DNA from: Octopus sinensis
Lineage: Eukaryota
DNA length: 43,644 nt
Direction: 5' to 3'
Assembly: GCF_006345805.1 (NCBI RefSeq)
Contig: NW_021835002.1
Coordinates: 1 to 43,644 of the forward strand
Position numbers and translations under genes: made by a program. Positions 35,708 to 43,644 of this stretch are shown piece after piece. Positions within the stretch are counted from its first letter, which is position 1. Every line of letters begins with the position of its first letter. The notes beneath the pieces were generated by a model. That model was given only the letters and a program-made list of their open reading frames with translations. It did not search any database and was not told the origin of the DNA.

Positions 35708-36479
35708 AGTAATAATAATGCAATATCAAACAAACGGCGCAAATAAAAGCATTAAAACTATAAACATTGGAAACGCAAATCTAGATAATAGACCTACTGC
35801 AAGCAAAACAAACAAAAGCGATTTTAAAACTGAATACAATCACATCACAGCCGACATACATACAGAATATTGACCAACAAAGTTGAAACAGAACGAAAAT
35901 ATGAACACAATTGAAAATGAAAAAAGATCTAAGAGTAGACTTATCTAAAGCTGGAAATTTTTGAATATGACAGTAGTTTAAAGGTGGGAATAGTTAAAGT
36001 ATTAAAATCGATATATGATCTGATCTTCCTATTGACTGACGAAAATCCCAAAACAAAGATAAATATTAATAGTAAATGTAACAATAATAATTTATAAAAA
36101 AAAAAACGGAAACTAACACTGGACCAGAATAGACAAACGGGAAACAGATGTGGACATGAACATAACCAGGATAGATCAAATAAACAATCTATTCATCATC
36201 CACAGTAGACACAAAGGAAAGTAGGAATGACTTCAAAAACTTCTCATATAGCAACAGCAAACTCGGCCCACCACACTTACAATCACACACACACACACAT
36301 GCACAAACACACTCGCTACACACAACAAAACGTGAAATAGTAAAAATATAGAAAAAAAGAGAGGAAATAAAAGATCTCCCAACCCTTCATGTGATGTATA
36401 GTAAAAATACAAATGTGAATACAGAAAGAAAAGCAAGCATAATGCAAATGCATAAATAACAAAGAGGTGCGTCTAAGAC

Positions 36480-37790
36480 CAAAAGAGCGTCTAAAACAAG
36501 AGACCCACGTTAAATTTCAAAGGATTGGTCGATATCAAATGCGATAACACTTTTCTTTTTTCGTAAAATAAAACAAAATAATTCATCTACAACCCAATTT
36601 GATTTTATCAGGAACAAAACAAAAATATATATATAAACCAATGCTACAATAACAAAATAAGAGGAGTAAAAAACTGTTTGGGAGAATAACGAACAATGGG
36701 TGGATTGCTACGGTGACAATTTAAAAACGAAAATTTCTAGAACAATAAATACGATAGTAACCCATACAAACAATACAAACAATTGGAAGGCAACCGGAAT
36801 TTGCAAAGTACCAAACACGTGACTAAAATATCTAACTGTTATCACTGCACAAAACTCTTGCAAAGACCTTCAACTATTTGCAAAAACAAGAATTTAGCTA
36901 ATCGTCAAGATTAGAATAAAAAGATATCAAACCTCAAATCTACTGGTCAATATACAAACCTTTACTGTTAATTCTATGGGAAGATATAAATGTTCGGATG
37001 GGAAACAACGTCTCGGTTTCCAAAGAACAGAAAAATTCTGCGACTGTCTGCTTGGCTAAAAAAAAAACAGATACTGATAAGCAATATAAAAACAAGAGAA
37101 AAATTTAGGGTATGAACATGGCATCGATTGATAAGAATTCTGAAAGCGTTGTCCTCAGAGAGAATAGTACAAAAGAGGATGTAAAAATTAATCAATACGT
37201 GTCAGAAGAGTAATATTCTTAGAGAAATCCCTTTTTCTCTCTCCATTCAATTTGTGTCTAATGCTGACATGATTAAGTAACAAATTAAATCAGACTGGCT
37301 ACAAATGCAGTTAATATAGATAAGGTGGCAATCCATCATCAACGTATTGGATGATCTCATGTTGTAACCTGTAGATCAGTGGTCTACGAGATTTTTTTCG
37401 TTTCGGACCGGTTCTATGCAAGGCAGTTTTCCCACAGACCACGCGCATAACAAAACACAGTAAAGTCCTGATTTAATTATTGCATATATAATACGTATAT
37501 ATTACATATATGACACATACAGTACATATATGACGCATATAGTACAAAATCACTGTGCAGACTTGCGAGAGACAATGACATAGAAAAAAATTTTAGAATT
37601 CATTCTTTCTGCACAACCCGGTACCAAATGATACCCGGCCAGGTGGTTGGAGATCCCTGATGTAGATGACAAAAACAGCAAGTAATATCTTTATATGAGG
37701 AATACAGAGTCAGGAAAGGAATTGATGGCAGTTATAGGAAAAGCCATCTAGATAGCTTTCATGAAAGAAAAATAATTAACATAAAACGAC
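36480..37790 (+). pseudogene. Ancient R4/Dong-like LINE remnant (RT region)
   Basis: KERLKQETHVKFQRIGRYQMR (vs KEKLKQDILAKAQRIRRYKKR), NWKATG, TTTCCAAAGAACAGAAA, MASIDKNSES (MAWIDYKKAFDS), RRVIFLEKSL (RRGIFQGDTL), LNQTGYKC and LDDLML are collinear with the 27203-29014 protein. Confidence 0.75.
37377..37659 (+). mobile_element. hAT-Charlie-like MITE inserted in the old Dong copy
   Basis: TSD CTGTAGAT (37369-37376) / ATGTAGAT (37660-37667); ends CAGTGGTCT.. / GGTTGGAGATCCCTG; internal GGACCGGTT...TTTTCCCACAGACC. Confidence 0.78.
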
Positions 37791-37869
37791 GTATATCATG
37801 TTATATTTCTTTTTTTAATATTAAGCGAATTAAACCACGAATAGAACTACAAATCCAGATTTGCATAAA

Positions 37870-38205
37870 TGGATCCCCGTCAGTTTCGATGGTGAGTATG
37901 CAGTTGTTTAATCGACTAGACTATCTGCGAAATTTACGAATTAGTAGGTAAATAGGTGAAATACGTGTATCCTTAACGTGATCTCAGAGAGAATCAGCGT
38001 GATAAGGTGTGACAAGACTAGTCCTTTAAATGACAAGTACAATCCATCAGACGGTCTTCTAAATAATCTCTGTCTACTTGGTTTCACTCACAACACTTAG
38101 GTCAACAGGAAGCCCTACTCAAAGACAATTGCGCAATATGTCACAAAGTGGAGTCCAACCCAAGAACTAGTGGTGGCAATGCGAATTTCTTAACCATTCG
38201 TTCAC
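37870..38205 (-). mobile_element. Old SINE with a SINE-B-like head and a different 3' part
   Basis: TTTCACTCACAA..AAGACAATTGCGCAA..CAAAGTGGAGTCCAACCC resembles the SINE-B head; highly diverged. Confidence 0.45.
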
Positions 38206-38214
38206 ATTCCGTCC

Positions 38215-38490
38215 ACAAAAGAGTTTAACACATACAACTGAAACAGAAGGTAAAAAAAAAAGTCAGAAAAATATCATAGATATTCAAGATAAATGTTTAG
38301 AATTGAACAGAATGCTAAAAATAATGAGATAGACATCAATACTCTAACAGTTTCAGTTATAAATTATAATTATAACAGTCTGAGATACAAGTTAAGTGAA
38401 TTAACGAGACAAGATAGGAAAAACAAAGACATACACCAAGCAAAATACACCGGTATAGAAAGATTACACACTGCACCAGAATTGAGCAAT
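38215..38490 (+). pseudogene. Continuation of the ancient Dong remnant
   Basis: EQNAKNNEIDINTLTVSVINYNYN...LTRQDRK aligns with ELNAKNKIIGINTLAVPVISYSYN...LTKIDRK. Confidence 0.8.
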
Positions 38491-38574
38491 GTGTTATAAA
38501 ATATATACTGTAAGACTAAAACAAATACCTGCTAAGCAACAACTGCTATTAATACAAATAACCACAACGGCATC

Positions 38575-38744
38575 AAATTTTGATACAGGTTGAGCAATTT
38601 GTGAAGGGAGAGTAAAGTCGATTATATCGACATCAGTGAAAGGCAAAATCGACGTCAGTGAAATTTGAGCTCAGAACGTAAAGTCGGATGAAATACAGCT
38701 CACCACTTTGTCCGACGTGCTAACGGTTCAACCAACTCACCGCC

Positions 38745-38746
<2 letters not shown>
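38575..38746 (-). mobile_element. SINE-A monomer
   Basis: The head ...CTCACCGCCTT abuts (TAA)n at 38747-38895. Confidence 0.8.
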
Positions 38747-38823
<77 letters not shown>

Positions 38824-38900
38824 CAACAACAACAGCAACAACAATAATAAATAAAAACAACAACAATAATAATACTAATAACAATGATAATAATGATAAT

Positions 38901-40068
38901 ATGCACCACCCAAAATCTGACAAAAAAAGTCTATATATCGAAGGTGGTAGAGGCCTTATATAGCTAGAAAACTATTATAAAATAACCACCATAGGACTAC
39001 AGAAATACCTACTTCAGAAGCAAGGAAAACTAATACAAATAGCCACAAAAAAAACGAACAAAACAAAAAATTGCTTTCAGTATTTAAGAAAGCTGACAAA
39101 TACAAAAAAGAACTCATAATACCTAACAACTATGAGGGAAATGAAGAAATAACAAAAGCTGTAAAACAACTGAAATCCAAACTAAAACTGGAACAGCAAT
39201 GGATCATGATAAAACGATGGCAAGAAAAGCCCTTTTATGGCAAATATTGGGTTAAACTAAACAGAAAAGAAATAGGCAAAGCAATATTCCCAAGAATGGC
39301 TGAGAAGCTCGGGACTCAAAGCAGAGACTGAAGGATTTTTAATTGCGGCAGAAGATCAAAACCTCCCCACCAGAAATCCCCCAAAACATGTAATGAAAAG
39401 AAATACAATAAATAACTGCAGATTATGTGGAGATGGACAAAAAACAATAAATCATATTGTTTCTGGCTGCCCAGTCCTGTCTAAGAAGGAATATATTCAC
39501 AAACACGACAGAGTTGGGACCTATATACACTGGAAACTGTGGAAACACTTTGGAGTAACAACAGAAAAGGCACACGCCAGAAAAGGTTAGAGAAAATGAG
39601 AAAGCAACCATACTCTGGGATATGCCAATAAACATAGATAGAGAAATTAAGGCCAATATGCCGGATATAGTTGTCAGAGATCACAAAAGCAATTATTTCT
39701 GATCGATGTATCAATACCAACAGCTGACAATGCTTCTCTAAAAGACACGGAGGGAGTGTCAAAATACAAAGACCTGGAAGTAGGGGTAACTCGAATGTGG
39801 AGTCTAAAAACAGAAACAATTCCTGTTACAGTAGGCGCATTAGGTATGATAAAAAAACATTCAGACAAATACATAACAAAAACTCCAGGACTTACAAGCA
39901 TATATATCATTCAGAAAATAGCACTACTAAACACCGCACACATCCTACGTAAAACACTTTCAATGCAATGAAAATAAGAGCATCACAACAAACTACAGCA
40001 CACACCCAAGGCACGCAGAGCTGCGCTCGGTCGTAGAGTGAAAGCATGTGATAAAAATAAGACTACTG
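38901..40068 (+). mobile_element. Intermediate-age R4/Dong-like LINE, 5'-truncated
   Basis: Collinear with 28671-29853 (MHHPKSD..., CRLC..HIVSGC, PDIV..IDVSIP); many frameshifts; ends ACTACTG|AATAATAAC. Confidence 0.93.
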
Positions 40069-40078
40069 AATAATAACA

Positions 40079-40545
40079 ACAAAGACGGGCTACAGCAAAT
40101 ATTCTGCTCAATACTACAGATTTGCTTGTCAGTTGTTTGACCTTAACCAGTTGACCATGTCCCTTAGTGGCTGACGACATGTGCATCTCTGATCACGAGC
40201 AGAAGTAGTGGGGGAGCATCATAGCCGTGTGTTGAAAGGAATTCTTAGAGGTTTGGATAATCCACCTTTGGAAACATGGGTGGTTCTTTCAACATCCTTA
40301 AACAATCCTTATTCAGGGACCTTTTGAGCGGGATGGGTTACTCGACCAGAAGAAAATTCTAACTGGACCCCACCTACAAGGTCATGCGCTGTTTATCTTG
40401 ATATGAGATCACCAAGTCGCGCACATATGGTTGTGATACATGTGCTTGGTGTACCCTTATCAGACGGGTAGTAATGATGGGTATACTGGACTTCGTATAT
40501 TTTACCCCAGTGTCACTTTGATGGCATGCACTGTTCTCTCACTCA
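40079..40545 (+). mobile_element. Unclassified ~470-bp element flanked by AAT repeats
   Basis: Distinct, more GC-balanced block starting AAAGACGGGCTACAGC and ending CACTGTTCTCTCACTC|AACAATAATAAT; no ORF. Confidence 0.55.
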
Positions 40546-40571
40546 ACAATAATAATAATAATAATAATAAT

Positions 40572-40695
40572 ACTGGTTTCAAATTTTGACAAAAGGCCAG
40601 CAAGATTGGGGGACAGGATAAGTCGATTATAGTGTGCTTAGTTCTCATCGACAGTGAAAGGATGAAAGGTAAAATCTCCCTCGACGGAATTTGAG
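40572..40695 (-). mobile_element. Old SINE-A 3' fragment
   Basis: TTTCAAATTTTG.CA.AAGGCCAGCAA short tail plus AAAGGATGAAAGG core. Confidence 0.7.
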
Positions 40696-40844
40696 AGCGC
40701 CATGAAATGACTATTTGATGTTTCTAGCACCTATTGCTCAAGACGACAGTTTTTCTCAACGGCAAACTGCAGCGAAAACGGTCTTTATACAGTCCAAAGA
40801 TGGCCCAAACACCGAACATATTTGGTCTAAACGTTTGTGTGTGT

Positions 40845-40924
40845 GTGAGCGCACACACATACACACACAAAGGCGGTACAAATACAGACAGATACATACT
40901 TTATATAATACATATATATATACA

Positions 40925-40964
<40 letters not shown>

Positions 40965-41165
40965 ACTCAATCACAGAGTATTAGTCGACCGAGGCTATGG
41001 TATAAGGCAGTAACCCAAGTGTATAAATATGCATGAGTTTGAGAGTGTGTGTATGCATAAATTATATATACATACATACATGCATACATACATACATACA
41101 TACATACATACATACATACATACATACATACATACATACATACATACATACATACATACATACAA
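40845..41165. repeat. (CA), (AT) and (CATA)n microsatellites
   Basis: Directly visible. Confidence 0.92.
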
Positions 41166-42079
41166 AGCATAGCTGTCACTCAGAAGAATATTAACATTAA
41201 ATAAAATAAAAAATGGAAAATCCGAGAACACGTTATGCCATATATCAATGGCACGATATACAACAGAAAAATCATTTTTGTGAATACACTATCAAAAACC
41301 TCAATCACATACCTGAATACTCAAAAGGAGATTATTGGAAAATGCCACTATTTTCATATTTTTGAAAAGTGTGGCAGCATACATCAGCACCAAACTAGAT
41401 GTATTAAAACAGGTTAAAACAACCTATCTGAAGAATTTCTTTTAGAAACCTTTCAGTAACAAATCCACTCGACAGTGGAACTATTAATTTTATAGAACAT
41501 TTTACCTTCACACGCGCACAGCCGGTTCGTGTACTTTACGTGACATTCACATCCTGTTTGTGACTGCTAAAACATTAATAACATTGCAAAAATAATAACA
41601 CGGCGCTTTATTAATATAAACTATTACTGGACCGAGAGAAACATTACTAAACAAGACTAATCATAAATAATCCCCTATCAGTGTGTCACAGTGCACTTGA
41701 CAAGAACTGCTATTCGTCTAAAGTGCACTGATATGGACCTGAAAGGGTTGTATGTGATAGAATGATCTTTTTCGTTGCATGATATTTCTGATTATTAACA
41801 TGCTGTTAATCGGGTGAAACTTAATGTAGCAAATAGCATGTAAGCGTTACACGATCACATACTCACACACACACACATGCTCAGACATTTGTGTATATAT
41901 GTGTGTCGAAAAATAAAAGTTCATTGTGTTTGAAAAGTTACCTGATGAGATGTATCTCTATCTGTAATGCATGAAAATAGATTGTACAGCATAACACTTG
42001 TAAGATATGGGAGTATAATGAGTCGAAACGATCATAGTGGTTTTGAATAAGTCTCGTGAATTCCATTTTCTGTCTCCCA

Positions 42080-42116
42080 ATATGTGTGTGTATGTACGTT
42101 GTATGTATGTATGTAT

Positions 42117-42168
<52 letters not shown>

Positions 42169-42359
42169 GTATATATGTGCATAAATATACAAATATATAT
42201 ATGTATGTATGTATGTATGCATATATATATATATGTACGCATATATATGTATGCATAGATACACATATAGACAAATATTATAAGTGCATGAATATATATG
42301 TATAAGTGTATGCACGTATATAGAAGTGTAAGAATGTACATTCATATATAGCCTACCTG

Positions 42360-42401
<42 letters not shown>

Positions 42402-42490
42402 AAGTATACATGTGTGTATATACGTATATATATGTATGTATGCATATGTCTAGATACATGCATGTATATGTATATATATATATCACAGTA
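42080..42490. repeat. (AT)/(ATGT)/(GT) compound microsatellite
   Basis: Directly visible. Confidence 0.92.
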
Positions 42491-42499
42491 TGTGTGTAT

Positions 42500-42640
42500 A
42501 TTGACTAACGCATGCATTTCCACCATTCTCAACCGATTTTCACTAAACTTTACACACACATTACTTATGTCCCAAGGATGGTCATACACTATAACATTTT
42601 GCCCGGAATTCCCGCGTAAATTCTTTGTATGTACATAGTT
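42500..42640 (+). mobile_element. Possible Helitron-like non-autonomous element interior
   Basis: CAACCGATTTTCACTAAACTTTACACAC is typical of the internal segment of non-autonomous Helitron-like repeats (from memory); termini not found. Confidence 0.35.
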
Positions 42641-43644
42641 TTTCTATGTAAGGTATTCCATACTTTTTAAATCCATATGGTTCCATATTGGCATTAGAGA
42701 TTACTTTTTCATTTATTATTTATTTATCTGTTGTAATTGCGTGTTATTACTTGGTTAGAGAATATTATAAAAGTTAATGGATTTTGTTTATTTTTTATGA
42801 CTTTCCGCCTGTTATTATCTATTTATATGCTGAAATTGTGTATTATTACTTGGTTAGAGAATATTATAGAAGTGAAAGGATTTTGTCTATTTATTTCGAC
42901 TGTCCACCTGCGACGGTGTTTAAATTGACTAGGAACATTGTACGCGATGAATATCCGATACCAAACAATCTTAATCTTCATAATTAAACTGTATTAAACT
43001 TTGGCGAGCTTACCTTTACCTATTCTGAGTTACTTGAAAGATGATATTCTCTTTTCCCTCTCTTCTAATTGTTGGTGCCTTTGTTTACCTACCAATGTGT
43101 TTAAGGATGCTTATTTACCCATCCATTATGATATTTTAAATGTGACATCTTTTCACTGTGAACTGCAAAAGATTCAAAGCAGTATTAGTGAACTGAAGTC
43201 AAACTCTTCATGTCTTCATTTTTCGTTACCTGAAGTCAATTTCAGAGAGGTCGTACTTTGTAAGCACGTAGCAAATACATTCCTTTAACTCTACTTTTTC
43301 AAGTAGGAATTATATTGCCATTTTTGAATTGCTGTTGGATAAAATAAAATCGCAGAGGAAAAAATCCAACGTCTTCCTTCAATTTCCTTACACCATTTAT
43401 GTAGCTTTTCTGATAAGAAATCTCGCTTTCATACAAAACAACTATATTTTGTAGTCATTATCCGTAATCTACGCCTAAAATACTTCAGTAGTTCTACTTT
43501 GCATCGCTTGCAAACTTATATATTCTAAGATCATTAAAGTGTAAAGACCGCCACAATAAACATCCTCCAGTTTGGTTTTCTGTTCCTATGTTAATCGGAA
43601 ACATAGATTGCCGTGCTACTCATAAACCTTCTTGGTAGTTCAAT

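Noticed and set aside
43001-43644. Possible host exons (minus-strand TTTTGCAG acceptor and GTAAG-like donors; 95-aa plus ORF)
   Set aside because: Candidate exons contain stops or are too short to assess, and no protein similarity is recognisable. RNA-seq would be needed.

Overview
AT-rich, microsatellite-dense animal DNA in which I can support no host-gene exon, so it is intergenic or inside a large intron. The repeat families look like those of octopus/coleoid cephalopods; this is recognition from memory, not a database result. The window is a layered transposon landscape. SINEs: a tRNA-headed family ('SINE-A', my label) present as monomers, dimers and locally amplified ~181-bp tandem arrays, a CORE-like family ('SINE-B') with an internal microsatellite, and two rarer families. 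DNA transposons: three mariner pseudo-transposons (one nested in another) and mariner, pogo-like, hAT and Helitron-like MITEs plus a 366-bp foldback element. LINEs: several age classes of an R4/Dong-like REL-endonuclease LINE, plus CR1-like and RTE-like 3' fragments. There is also a tRNA-Glu pseudogene abutting a tRNA-Pro 3' fragment. Four observations stand out. (1) A 17-bp TSD shows that a SINE-A dimer with an (ATT)n linker inserted as one unit and was later split by a Dong LINE. (2) All three younger Dong copies end at the same base in TAA tracts and lie antisense just upstream of SINE-A heads. (3) The SINE-B 3' tail matches the 3' end of the CR1-like LINE in this window, with a covarying hairpin. 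(4) SINE-A arrays carry private shared mutations, indicating in-situ amplification. All long low-complexity ORFs in the track are microsatellite artefacts.
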